Assembly (NCBI GenBank): GCA_934096035.1
Contig: CAKOKX010000001.1
Span: 694,989 to 758,988, forward strand
Direction: 5' to 3'
DNA: 64,000 nucleotides
DNA from: an uncultured Bacilli bacterium
GTDB taxonomy: Bacteria; Bacillota_I; Bacilli_A; RF39; UBA660
Position 1 is the first letter of the stretch, and each line of letters starts with the position of its first letter. The position numbers and the translations under genes were made by a program. Below the pieces are notes generated by a model. The model saw only the letters and a program-made list of their open reading frames with translations. It did not search any database and had not been told where the DNA came from. This document shows positions 9,616-21,428 of this stretch, one piece after another.

Positions 9616-9644
9616 TTGACAAGTGCTAAGCATAATATTATAAT
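9616..9644 (+). promoter_or_regulatory. sigma-A promoter of the hrcA operon
   Basis: TTGACA, exactly 17 nt of spacer, then TATAAT. Confidence 0.6.
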
Positions 9645-9648
9645 GATA

Positions 9649-9675
9649 TTAGCACTAATAAAGAAAGAGTGCTAA
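9649..9675 (+). promoter_or_regulatory. CIRCE operator (HrcA binding site)
   Basis: TTAGCACT-AATAAAGAAA-GAGTGCTAA, which matches the CIRCE consensus TTAGCACTC-N9-GAGTGCTAA. Confidence 0.85.
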
Positions 9676-9688
9676 GAGAGGTAATATT

Positions 9689-10696
9689 ATGGATGAACGT
9701 AAAAACAATCTCTTAAAAGTAATTGTTGAGACATACATTAAAACAGTAAGGCCTGTTGGGTCAAAAGCTTTATGTGATATGTTTAATTTATCTAGCGCAA
9801 CGATTAGAAATGAAATGGCTCTGCTTGAAGAAATGGGCTATCTAGAAAAGAATCATATATCATCTGGTCGTATACCTAGTGAAGAAGGTTATAAGTATTA
9901 TGTAAAAAACTTAATGGAACCTGAAAAACTTACTGGTAGTGAAATGCTTCAATTACAAAGAATATTTGCAAATACTGATATAGAACTTAGTGATGCTATA
10001 AATAAATGTATGGATATCATAAGTGATATAACAAATTATACGAGTGTTGTTTTAGGTAAAAGTAGTAGTGATAATTCATTATTACAAATTAATATAATTG
10101 ATTTAGGAAATAATCAAGTCGTAGCAGTTGTATGTACCGATAAAGGAAATGTTGAAAATAAGATGTTTACTTTACCAAATACAATTAATGTTAAAGAAGT
10201 GGTAAAAACAAGCGAAATAATAAATAAAATGCTTGTAGGAACACCAATTAATGAAGTAAGTAAAAGACTTGAAATAGAAGTAAAACCAATTATTAAAACC
10301 CAAATAAAACAATATGAAACAGTATATAGTATATTCTATAATGCCTTTAATGATTTTGTAGCTAATAATAGTAATATTCATGTTACAGGAAAAACAAAGA
10401 TATTTGAACAGCCAGAATACAGTGATATAACAGAATTAAAAAGATTAGCTAATAAACTAGAAGATAAAAATCTTATTACTAAGATGGAAGAAAATAGTAA
10501 TGAGGATGAGATTAAGGTTTATATTGGCGAAGAGACTGAATTTGATTCAAATGTAACTATTATTAGAAAAAAATATCATATTAATGGTGAAGAAGGCACA
10601 ATTGCAGTAATAGGTCCAAAGAGAATGGATTATCAAAAAATTGTGGGACTTCTTGAATATATTGATGAAGAACTTGATAGTAGAAAGGATAAATAA
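9689..10696 (+). CDS. hrcA: heat-inducible transcription repressor HrcA
   Basis: An N-terminal winged helix-turn-helix (LLKVIVETYIKTVRPVGSK) and the HrcA C-terminal domain. Confidence 0.9.
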   Translation: MDERKNNLLKVIVETYIKTVRPVGSKALCDMFNLSSATIRNEMALLEEMGYLEKNHISSGRIPSEEGYKYYVKNLMEPEKLTGSEMLQLQRIFANTDIELSDAINKCMDIISDITNYTSVVLGKSSSDNSLLQINIIDLGNNQVVAVVCTDKGNVENKMFTLPNTINVKEVVKTSEIINKMLVGTPINEVSKRLEIEVKPIIKTQIKQYETVYSIFYNAFNDFVANNSNIHVTGKTKIFEQPEYSDITELKRLANKLEDKNLITKMEENSNEDEIKVYIGEETEFDSNVTIIRKKYHINGEEGTIAVIGPKRMDYQKIVGLLEYIDEELDSRKDK

Positions 10697-11223
10697 TGGA
10701 AGAAAAAAAGATTAAAGGTAAACAAAAAGTTAAAAGTGTAAAAAAGAAAGAACCTAACAAAATTAAAAATGAAACAAATAATAAATTAGTAGAAGAAAAT
10801 GCTAAATTAAATGAAAAACTTCTTAGAGTAATGGCAGAAATGCAAAATATGAAAAGAAGAAATGATGAAGAAATTAGTAAACTTTGCAAATATGATGGAG
10901 AAAAATTAATTACAAAGATATTACCAATCGTTGATAATTTTGAAAGAGCAATAATGCTTGATGATCGAGATTTATCTGATGAAGTTTCTAAATTCTTAAG
11001 TGGATTTAAAATGATTTATACTAATTTAATAAGTATATTAAATGAATTAGAAGTAAAAGAAATAGACTGTAAGGGACTAGAATTTGATCCAAATAAAATG
11101 GAAGCAGTTCTTACAGATAGTAATAAAGAATTACCAAGTAATGTAGTACTTGAAGTACTACAAAAAGGTTACACTTATAAAGATAAAGTTATAAGGGTAG
11201 CAATGGTAAAAGTAAATGAATAA
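10696..11223 (+). CDS. grpE: nucleotide exchange factor GrpE
   Basis: A coiled-coil N-terminus and a GrpE C-terminal beta domain. It sits between hrcA and dnaK. Confidence 0.9.
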   Translation: MEEKKIKGKQKVKSVKKKEPNKIKNETNNKLVEENAKLNEKLLRVMAEMQNMKRRNDEEISKLCKYDGEKLITKILPIVDNFERAIMLDDRDLSDEVSKFLSGFKMIYTNLISILNELEVKEIDCKGLEFDPNKMEAVLTDSNKELPSNVVLEVLQKGYTYKDKVIRVAMVKVNE

Positions 11224-11255
11224 TTAAGCTCAAGTAAAAGAAAAGAAAGGAATGA

Positions 11256-13082
<1,827 letters not shown>

Positions 13083-13099
13083 AAAAATATAAATTGGTA

Positions 13100-13128
13100 A
13101 AAAGAGAGCATCTTATACTCTCTTTTTG
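13100..13128 (+). terminator. rho-independent terminator after dnaK
   Basis: AAGAGAG-CATCTTATA-CTCTCTT followed by TTTT. Confidence 0.5.
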
Positions 13129-13147
13129 ACCGTTATAAGGAGAACAG

Positions 13148-14521
13148 ATGAAAAAAGAGAATCTTGAAAAAATGCTTGAAAATATGTTATCAACCGGTGG
13201 TGACTTTGCAGAAATATTCATTGAAGATAAAAAAACTACAATATATAATTACATTGATAGCAACCTAGATGGTTATAGCATTAACTATAGTAATGGAATA
13301 GGTCTTAGATTAGCTAAAGAAAATAATGTTTATTATGCTGCTACTAACGATTTTAGTAATAAGAATATTAATTTAATCATAAATTCTCTAAAAGAAAATA
13401 TTAATGGAAAAGTAATATACAATTATGTATCATTAAATAGAATAAAAAAATATAAAAATAATCATAAAACTCATTATACAAATGACGATATAAAAAAATT
13501 ATTTAATGATTTAGATAAAAAAATAAGAAGTAAAGATGAAAGAATTAATCAAGTAAGTCTAAATTTACAAAATGTTAAACAAAATGTAACTATCGCACGT
13601 GAAAATGGTTTATTTAAAGGAGAAGAAAGAGAAAGAACTAGATTATATATAACCATTAGTTTAAAAGATAATGATAAATCATGTAACATAACATATTCAT
13701 ATGGTAAAACAATTAGCTTGGATTTACTAGATGAAATAAATTATGATGAAGTAATAAATAATCTAATAAAAGAAGGTCTTGATAAACTATATGCAAAACC
13801 ATGTATTGGTGGAGAAATGCCAGTTATTATCGAAAATGGTTTTGGGGGCGTAATATTTCACGAAGCCTGTGGGCATGCAATGGAAGCAACATCTGTAGCA
13901 GATGGAATTTCTGTTTTAAGTCATGATTTAGGTAATAAAATAGCAGGTGAAAAGGTAAGTATTACTGACGATGGAACATTATGTAATGAATGGGGATCAT
14001 GTAGAATAGATGATGAAGGAAGAGAAACAAAAGTTAATAAACTAATTGATAAAGGAGTATTAACTGGGTATTTAATTGATGAAATAAATAATCGCAAAAT
14101 GAAAATGAATCCAACTGGAAGTAGTAGAAGAGAAAGTTACATATATGCTCCGACATCTAGAATGAATAATACCTATCTTGAAAAAGGAACAGATACTTTT
14201 GAAGATATGATAAAAGATATAAAAATAGGCCTTTATGCTAAAAAAATGGGTGGTGGATGTGTATCACCAGAGACTGGAGATTTTAACTTTGCTTGTGATC
14301 TAGCTTACATGATTCGTGATGGTAAACTTGCTGAATGTGTTAAGTCAGCTAGTTTAATAGGTAACTGTAAAGATATATTACAAAGTGTAGAAATGGTCGG
14401 AGATAACCTAGCACTTGGGCAAGGAATGTGTGGTTCAATCAGTGGCTCCGTTCCAGTAAATGTTGGAATGCCTCGTATAAAGGTTGGTCATATACTTGTC
14501 GGAGGTGAAAAAGATGAATAA
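13148..14521 (+). CDS. tldD: TldD-family metalloprotease
   Basis: An HEACGHAME (HExxxH) motif within the conserved TldD core and a GxC-rich C-terminus. Confidence 0.75.
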   Translation: MKKENLEKMLENMLSTGGDFAEIFIEDKKTTIYNYIDSNLDGYSINYSNGIGLRLAKENNVYYAATNDFSNKNINLIINSLKENINGKVIYNYVSLNRIKKYKNNHKTHYTNDDIKKLFNDLDKKIRSKDERINQVSLNLQNVKQNVTIARENGLFKGEERERTRLYITISLKDNDKSCNITYSYGKTISLDLLDEINYDEVINNLIKEGLDKLYAKPCIGGEMPVIIENGFGGVIFHEACGHAMEATSVADGISVLSHDLGNKIAGEKVSITDDGTLCNEWGSCRIDDEGRETKVNKLIDKGVLTGYLIDEINNRKMKMNPTGSSRRESYIYAPTSRMNNTYLEKGTDTFEDMIKDIKIGLYAKKMGGGCVSPETGDFNFACDLAYMIRDGKLAECVKSASLIGNCKDILQSVEMVGDNLALGQGMCGSISGSVPVNVGMPRIKVGHILVGGEKDE

Positions 14522-15779
14522 ATTAATTAAAATTGGTCAAATGCATAACATTGATATTGAGATATTTAAAGAAAAACATAACAGCACAGATATAAGCACG
14601 TTAAATAATAAAATTAAATTATTTCAAATAACTAATGTATCAAAATATATAATTAAAGCTATCAAAGATAATAGATGTGTTAAGATGGTTACTGAAAGCA
14701 TTAAAAATCCTGAAGAGTTAATAAACACTTTGGAAGATATATTTAAAACATCAGATAATAAAAATTCTAATAGACTATGTTCTGGTAATATAAAAAATAA
14801 ATTAAGAAAAAAAGAAATAGTTGATTATAGTAAAGTAAAAGAAGATTTATTATCATTAAACGAATTAAAGAAAAAGTATTCATGCATTAAATCAATTGAA
14901 GCAGATTATTCTCATACTGAATGCGGAAATTATATTACTAATTCAATAAATAGTTGTGATATGGAAGATGAAACATATTTTAATGCTTATGGAGCAGCTA
15001 TAACAGTTAATAAAGATGATATAACTAGAGTATTATATATAGGTTATTATACAAAAGATTATGATTTTAACGAGTTTAAAGAATATCTATTGAAAAAATT
15101 AGAATACTTATTAATTAAATTAGATAGTAAGTCAGTTACTACGAATAAGTATAAAGTATTACTTACTAATAATGTCGTAGAAAGTATATTACTTACATTT
15201 AAAGATTCATTTCAAAGTAAAAATATATTTTTAAATGAGTCAGTATTATCTGGCAAATTAAATAGTAAAATATTTAGTGAAAAAATAAATATTGTTGAAG
15301 ATTCTCCGAAAGGAATGTTAAATGCTAATTTTGATAGTGAAGGCACTTTAAAAAAATGCCAAACACTAGTTAAGAATGGTGTATTTATAAAAGAAATAAA
15401 CAATATTGAGTATGCTATTAAATTGAATAAAGAAGCATCAGGTAATGCTAATGGAGTTAATAATTTATATATAGAATGTGGAAATAAATCGTATGAAGAA
15501 CTAATAAAGGATCTTGATAACGGAATCATTATTGATGAAGCCTTTGGATTTCATTCTGGGGTAGATACAAAAACTGGTAACATATCAGTTCAAGCTGAAG
15601 GTCTACTTGTAGAAAATGGAAAAGTAACAAAAGGTCTAAATATGATTATATTATCTACGAATATTTTTGAAGTATTTTCAAATGTTTTAGAAGTTGGTAG
15701 TGATTTATCTAATTTTAGTTTAAGTGTTAGAACTCCATCACTTTTACTACATGATATAACTATCACTGGAAAGGAGTAA
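14484..15779 (+). CDS. TldE/PmbA-family protein, the partner of TldD
   Basis: PmbA/TldD fold with no HExxxH motif. It overlaps tldD and is followed 4 nt later by dnaJ. Confidence 0.65.
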   Translation: MVIYLSEVKKMNKLIKIGQMHNIDIEIFKEKHNSTDISTLNNKIKLFQITNVSKYIIKAIKDNRCVKMVTESIKNPEELINTLEDIFKTSDNKNSNRLCSGNIKNKLRKKEIVDYSKVKEDLLSLNELKKKYSCIKSIEADYSHTECGNYITNSINSCDMEDETYFNAYGAAITVNKDDITRVLYIGYYTKDYDFNEFKEYLLKKLEYLLIKLDSKSVTTNKYKVLLTNNVVESILLTFKDSFQSKNIFLNESVLSGKLNSKIFSEKINIVEDSPKGMLNANFDSEGTLKKCQTLVKNGVFIKEINNIEYAIKLNKEASGNANGVNNLYIECGNKSYEELIKDLDNGIIIDEAFGFHSGVDTKTGNISVQAEGLLVENGKVTKGLNMIILSTNIFEVFSNVLEVGSDLSNFSLSVRTPSLLLHDITITGKE

Positions 15780-15782
15780 AAA

Positions 15783-16913
15783 ATGAATAAAAAAGATTAT
15801 TATGAAGTCTTAGGAGTCAGTAAAACTGCCACAGACGAAGAAATAAAAAGAGCTTTTAGAAAATTAGCAAAACAATATCATCCAGATATAAATAAAGAAC
15901 CAGGAGCCGAAGAAAAATTTAAAGAAATTGGTGAAGCGTATGCAGTTTTATCTGATGCTACCAAAAGACGCCAATATGACCAATTTGGTCATGCTGCATT
16001 TCAAAATGGTGGAGGTGCAGGTGGCGCATCAGGATTCCAAGGTTTTAACATGGGTGACATTGATCTTGAAGACATTCTTGGAGATTTATTCGGTGGAGGA
16101 TTTTCAAGTTTCTCAGGATTTGGAAGAAGTTCGAAGTCAAGCAACAGAGCTAGAAAAGGTGAAGATATAAGGGTAATATTAAATCTTACTTTTGAAGAAG
16201 CTGCCTTTGGATGTGAAAAAGATGTTAAATTAAATCTTACAAGTGAATGTTCAAAATGTAAAGGTAAAGGTGGCTTTAATGAATCAACATGTAGAACTTG
16301 TGGCGGAGCCGGAAAAGTATTAGAACAAGCTCAAACCATATTTGGATACATGCAAACGCAAAAAACATGTCCAGATTGTAAAGGTTTAGGTAAAACTTAT
16401 GCAACAGTTTGTGACGATTGTCGAGGCAAAGGAATTGTTGATAAAGTTAAAACATTAACTGTAACTATTCCTGAAGGTGTTGATGAAGGATACCAACTAA
16501 GACTAAGTGGCAAGGGTAATGCCGGAGTAAATGGTGGACCAAACGGAGATGTTTTTCTAGAATTTAAAATCAAAGAACATCCTTTATTTGAAAGAGACGG
16601 AGCAGATATTTATTTAGAAGTTCCAGTAACTATAACCGATGCAGCTTTAGGATGCAAGAAAGAAATACCAACGCTTTATGGTAATATTATATTAGAGATA
16701 AAAGCTGGTACACAAAACTATACTAAGTTAAAAATTAAGGGTAAAGGAATTAAATTACCAAATAAAATCAGTAAAGGTGATATGTATGCTGTGGTAAATA
16801 TTATTACTCCAACTAAACTTGATAGAAAGCAAAAAGCATTATTACAAGATTTAGCAAAAACTGACCTTGAAGATGCCCCAGAATTTAAAAACTTTAAAAA
16901 ATATGTAAAATAA
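15783..16913 (+). CDS. dnaJ: molecular chaperone DnaJ
   Basis: A J-domain with HPD; a Gly/Phe-rich linker; four CxxCxGxG zinc-finger repeats. Confidence 0.95.
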   Translation: MNKKDYYEVLGVSKTATDEEIKRAFRKLAKQYHPDINKEPGAEEKFKEIGEAYAVLSDATKRRQYDQFGHAAFQNGGGAGGASGFQGFNMGDIDLEDILGDLFGGGFSSFSGFGRSSKSSNRARKGEDIRVILNLTFEEAAFGCEKDVKLNLTSECSKCKGKGGFNESTCRTCGGAGKVLEQAQTIFGYMQTQKTCPDCKGLGKTYATVCDDCRGKGIVDKVKTLTVTIPEGVDEGYQLRLSGKGNAGVNGGPNGDVFLEFKIKEHPLFERDGADIYLEVPVTITDAALGCKKEIPTLYGNIILEIKAGTQNYTKLKIKGKGIKLPNKISKGDMYAVVNIITPTKLDRKQKALLQDLAKTDLEDAPEFKNFKKYVK

Positions 16914-16940
16914 AGGCTAAAAAATGCCTTTATTTTATTT
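16912..16940 (+). terminator. rho-independent terminator after dnaJ
   Basis: AAAGGC-TAAAAAAT-GCCTTT followed by a T-rich run. Confidence 0.5.
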
Positions 16941-17005
16941 TTATATAGACAATTATTCAAGAAAATGTTATTCTTATAATAGAATGAAAGTAGTGAGGGA
17001 TAAAA

Positions 17006-18835
17006 ATGAATGAAAATTTAGAAAACAATTTGAGTGACAGTGTGGGTTCAGAAAATAACACGAATGAATTAAATACTAGTCAACCAAATGAAATGGTTAA
17101 TGAAAATATTAGCCAACAAAATAATATGGAACAATTGAACATCAGTGAACCTATAGAAACGCCAAACGTAAATAATGATTTAAGCAATAACATAAGTCAA
17201 ATGGGAACTAATCAACCAGTTGAACCAATTAATGCCAGTGACGCTGGAGCAATGAACCAAGTTGGATTTAATCAACCTGAAGTTATGAATACTAACAATA
17301 ATATGGTTGGAGCTAATTACCAAGGATTAGATCCAAATACTCAAAATGTTAATGGTTTTAATTATCAAAATAACATAAATTCAAATAACAACATAGTTAA
17401 TAATCCTGTCAAAAAGAAAAATAAAGGATTAATAATAGGATTAGTTATTGCTATAGTAGCATTACTCATCGTTGTAGGTGGCTTTGTTTATATAAAGAGT
17501 ACATATAATGCTAAAAGTTTCTTAAACAAAAATGCTAAAAATATTATTGCATCTATTGATAAGTCCTTTGATGCCTTATCAATAAACGATGATTTAATCA
17601 ATAACATTGATAAATATGATATGATTAATGATACAAATATTACATTAACAACATCATCTACAACATTAAAATCATTAAATAATTTACAAATAAGTTTAAA
17701 TGAAAAGTCAAATATAAATGATAATTATTTAAGTTTAGACTTAGGGTTAAAACAAAATAATGAAAGTATAAACGGAACCATTGTTTACAATAACAATAAA
17801 ATCTATTTAAATAGTAAAGATATTTTTAATAGTCCTCTTTATACAACTTTAGATAAAAACATTTTTGCAAATACTGAAGAATATGTTGATATGGTTAAGA
17901 ATTTTTCAAATATTAATGATTTTGAAAATTCAATGAAAAATATCGTTAAATATGTAACAAGTGCATTAGAACAAGCAAATATGAATACCAAAACTAGTGG
18001 ACTAAATGTAACATATACATATGAAATAAATGAAAACAATTACAATAAAGTAATAGATAAATTTATTGAACTAGTTAAAAATGATAAAACTATAATGTCT
18101 TATTTAGAAAATGATACATCAATTTTAGATAGTTTAAAAGATAGTCCAATTAATATTAAATTTGAAATAACTATAAAAATTTTAACCAATGAAGTTCAAT
18201 CATTTGTATTAGATATTGAAGGAAGTAAATTAGAAGGTACAAAAGTTGAAAAAGATAAATATAAAATTGTTGGTGAAGATACAGAATTGTATTTAGAATG
18301 TAAAGATGATGTTATAACAATAACTGAAGGAACAAATAAAATAAGTATTGAAATAAGTGATAAAAAATTAGGGTTAACAGCCAATGTTGAAAACTCAATT
18401 ATAGAATTAACATTACAAAATGATAAGAAAAGTTCAACTCTAACAGCAAACATCGATGTTGAAGGAGTAAAAGTTAAGTGTAATATCAAAGTAAACGAAG
18501 ACTCTAAAAACAATAAATCTGATGCAACTGGAAAGATTGATATAACTTACAATAATGAAAATGTAGTAATAGATTTCACTAATAAAATGGAATATGGAAA
18601 AAATAAAATTACAAAAAGTGATATTACAAATGCCAAAGATTTTGAACAACTTACTGATTCAGAATCAAGCACTATAATGTTAAATTTATATAGTAAACTT
18701 GGAGCATTTGAATTCTTTAAAGATATTTCAAGTATAATTGGTGATATTGATGAACCGGATTATTCAGATGACGATTATGATTTTAGTGATACTGAAGACG
18801 ATAGTGATTATAATTGGGACGACTTTGAATTTTAA
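17006..18835 (+). CDS. single-pass membrane protein with an N/Q-rich N-terminal region and an acidic C-terminal tail
   Basis: Residues 1-135 are low-complexity and N/Q-rich. A transmembrane helix (GLIIGLVIAIVALLIVVGGFVYI) follows, then a large extracytoplasmic domain and a DEPDYSDDDYDFSDTEDDSDYNWDDFEF tail. Confidence 0.5.
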   Translation: MNENLENNLSDSVGSENNTNELNTSQPNEMVNENISQQNNMEQLNISEPIETPNVNNDLSNNISQMGTNQPVEPINASDAGAMNQVGFNQPEVMNTNNNMVGANYQGLDPNTQNVNGFNYQNNINSNNNIVNNPVKKKNKGLIIGLVIAIVALLIVVGGFVYIKSTYNAKSFLNKNAKNIIASIDKSFDALSINDDLINNIDKYDMINDTNITLTTSSTTLKSLNNLQISLNEKSNINDNYLSLDLGLKQNNESINGTIVYNNNKIYLNSKDIFNSPLYTTLDKNIFANTEEYVDMVKNFSNINDFENSMKNIVKYVTSALEQANMNTKTSGLNVTYTYEINENNYNKVIDKFIELVKNDKTIMSYLENDTSILDSLKDSPINIKFEITIKILTNEVQSFVLDIEGSKLEGTKVEKDKYKIVGEDTELYLECKDDVITITEGTNKISIEISDKKLGLTANVENSIIELTLQNDKKSSTLTANIDVEGVKVKCNIKVNEDSKNNKSDATGKIDITYNNENVVIDFTNKMEYGKNKITKSDITNAKDFEQLTDSESSTIMLNLYSKLGAFEFFKDISSIIGDIDEPDYSDDDYDFSDTEDDSDYNWDDFEF

Positions 18836-18862
18836 AAGCATTTTTAAAAATGCTTTTTTTGT
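18835..18862 (+). terminator. palindromic terminator
   Basis: AAGCATTTTT/AAAAATGCTT followed by a T7 run. Confidence 0.45.
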
Positions 18863-18872
18863 TTATAAATTT

Positions 18873-18901
18873 TTGACATTATATGGGTATAGTGATAAAA
18901 T
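18873..18901 (+). promoter_or_regulatory. sigma-A promoter
   Basis: TTGACA, a 17-nt spacer, then TAAAAT. It lies upstream of the 18919 ORF. Confidence 0.4.
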
Positions 18902-18918
18902 AATAATGGTGTTAACAA

Positions 18919-19881
18919 ATGAATAAAGAAATTTTATTAGTTGTAAACTATTATAATGAGAGTATTATTGATTTTGAAAAACAATTAAAGCCCACTCATG
19001 AAATTTTTGAAAATATTGTTATTTGCAATAAAAACAACTGTGATATAAAAAGTAATTATCCGATTTTCAGTGGAAGAAATTATGATTATTTAGACCAAAT
19101 TAATAATTATATTAAAAAACAAAAGTTAAATATTAAATCAATAGTTTTCGTAGATAATATTAACAACATTGATAATGAAGATATTGCTAAATGTGCTTTA
19201 GATGCTATGAATAATGAAGATACAATAGTACTTGGCTCTAACGAAAACAATAATATGAGTAAAGATCTAATAAACAAAATATTTAATACATTATTTAATA
19301 CTAATTTTAAATCTGTTTTGCCAGAAATAAAAGCCATTAATATAAAATTATTCAATAAATTAATAAACAATTTAAAAAAAGATAATAATTACATGATAAC
19401 TGTAATAACTGAAAATATTGCTTTAAAAGAAAATGAAATTAACACAATTTGGCGAAAAAGCACGAATAGAGTAGGGAAGGATAGTTTTAAAATGCTCCCC
19501 TATCTAAAAGGGCTTATGCCATATATCATTAAATCAATAATACCATATTTAATAAGTTATATATTATTTATGATAATATTTTATTTAAAATCTTCAACAA
19601 ACGATTTAGAAGGAATCATTTTTGCAAATTTAATTTCCGAAGGAGTAGGGATAGTACTACATATAATAATCAACTATAATTGTATATACAAATATAATCT
19701 TGTTTCTAGAAACATCCTGTTTTTACTAAAAAAGATCTTCAGAATAATATTATCTTGTTTCTTCATTTATATTTTATATAATTTATTAAATATAAATTTA
19801 TTTGTAAGTAAATTATTAGTAGACTTAATACTTATGATAGTAATAGCATTAATTTTTACTTCTGTATCAAAAAAAGAATAA
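18919..19881 (+). CDS. putative glycosyltransferase-like N-terminal domain fused to a GtrA-like C-terminal membrane domain
   Basis: The N-terminal 180 aa are soluble (IVFVDN...). The C-terminal region has four predicted transmembrane helices similar to GtrA. Confidence 0.35.
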   Translation: MNKEILLVVNYYNESIIDFEKQLKPTHEIFENIVICNKNNCDIKSNYPIFSGRNYDYLDQINNYIKKQKLNIKSIVFVDNINNIDNEDIAKCALDAMNNEDTIVLGSNENNNMSKDLINKIFNTLFNTNFKSVLPEIKAINIKLFNKLINNLKKDNNYMITVITENIALKENEINTIWRKSTNRVGKDSFKMLPYLKGLMPYIIKSIIPYLISYILFMIIFYLKSSTNDLEGIIFANLISEGVGIVLHIIINYNCIYKYNLVSRNILFLLKKIFRIILSCFFIYILYNLLNINLFVSKLLVDLILMIVIALIFTSVSKKE

Positions 19882-19887
19882 TTAAAG

Positions 19888-19926
19888 TCCCCTACTTAAG
19901 ATAAGTCATAAGATAGGGGACTTTTC
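19888..19926 (+). terminator. rho-independent terminator
   Basis: AAGTCCCCTA...TAGGGGACTTTT. Confidence 0.55.
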
Positions 19927-20646
19927 ATATATACATACACGCATATATCCTTATTTATAATAAATATAAGGTTATAAACGCGCAATATTAACCTTATTAA
20001 AATATAAATAAGGTTATAAAATACTTTTTTAAATTTTAAAACTTATTATAAAAAATAATTTTGTTTTTGTTATAAAAATAATTTTATGTTATATTTATGA
20101 TTAATTATATTTATTGAGTAAAGAAAAGTTATTTAAAAAGATAAGAACGATTTGAAAAATATAATATAATTTTAATTAAAAATCAAGAATTTAATATACA
20201 AAATAATATATATTATGTTAACTTAGTCATTGAAAAAATACAAATATAATTTGTTGATTTTGTATCGCTATTTGTATTTATATTAATAACATTAATCTTT
20301 TCTTTCTTTGAAAATTTATTCATAAGTAACTTAACAATATTTATAAACAATTTAATCATAATAAACATCAAATTATAAATATTTATCTTTTATATATGAA
20401 ATATCTTTCCCAATCTGTTCTAATATTTTTCTTTGTTTCTTAAGTTCATTATATGTTAAAATTGGCAAAATAGATTTTATAATTGTAACTAATATTATTA
20501 TTACTCCGATTATAATTATATAATTTGCAATTACTTCATAATCAATATTTAGTCCCATAAAAACACATCCTTACTTTTTGTAGTTTAACACAGACAAGAT
20601 TAAATGTAAATACTCTCCCCCACTCTTTTTGATGTGTCAACACATT

Positions 20647-21405
20647 TTAACTAATCATCACATTTACTATTACTAGGATTGTTCCTATAATAAGACCTAA
20701 ATAAATCCACTTATTTTCTTTATATTTTAATGCTCTAGGAAGCATTTCTTGTATTGACAAAGTAATCATTAGCCCTGCTACTACAATTAAGACTATACTT
20801 ATCATGAGTTCTGATACAAATCTTTTTAAAAATACATAAGCTAGGATAGCACCTAAAGGTTCAGATAATCCAGATATTAGTGTAGATTTTATAGCCTTTT
20901 TTCTACTACCAGTTGCATAATATATTGGCACTGCAATAGAAATTCCTTCAGGAATATTATGAAGCATAATAGCAATTGATAATCTTAAACCTAGATCAAT
21001 ACTATGATAACTACTTAAAAATGTTGCAATACCTTCCGGTAAATTATGAAGAATTAAAACAATCATGTTTAGAATACCAAGTTTATATAAATCAATACCT
21101 TTGCTTTCTTTTTCTACTAAGGAACTTAGATATGTAATAATTATATAACTAATAATAAATGCTATTAATAAAATTATTAAAGTTTTTCCAATTCCATAGA
21201 AGTTAACTATTTCAAAAAATGATGTTGGAATTAAATCTAAAATACTTATAGAAATCATTATTGCAATAGAAAAAGAAAGACAAAAACTTATAAATTTACT
21301 TAAGTTCTTCTCTTTAATTTTAAAAAATATTGGAATAGCTCCGATTAACGTTGATAGACCAGCTAATGTTGATAATATAAGTGGAATTATAATCTTTTGC
21401 ATCAT
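20647..21405 (-). CDS. zupT: ZIP-family zinc transporter ZupT
   Basis: HNLPEGIATF and HNIPEGISIAVP motifs; eight transmembrane helices. Confidence 0.8.
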   Translation of the reverse strand: MMQKIIIPLILSTLAGLSTLIGAIPIFFKIKEKNLSKFISFCLSFSIAIMISISILDLIPTSFFEIVNFYGIGKTLIILLIAFIISYIIITYLSSLVEKESKGIDLYKLGILNMIVLILHNLPEGIATFLSSYHSIDLGLRLSIAIMLHNIPEGISIAVPIYYATGSRKKAIKSTLISGLSEPLGAILAYVFLKRFVSELMISIVLIVVAGLMITLSIQEMLPRALKYKENKWIYLGLIIGTILVIVNVMIS

Positions 21406-21428
21406 ATCACCACTTAATTATATTCAAG

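Noticed and set aside
20580-20646. ATGTGTCAACACAT inverted repeat downstream of zupT as a possible Zur box
   Set aside because: It does not match the Firmicute Zur consensus (TCGTAATnATTACGA) and lies at the 3' end of the gene rather than at its promoter.
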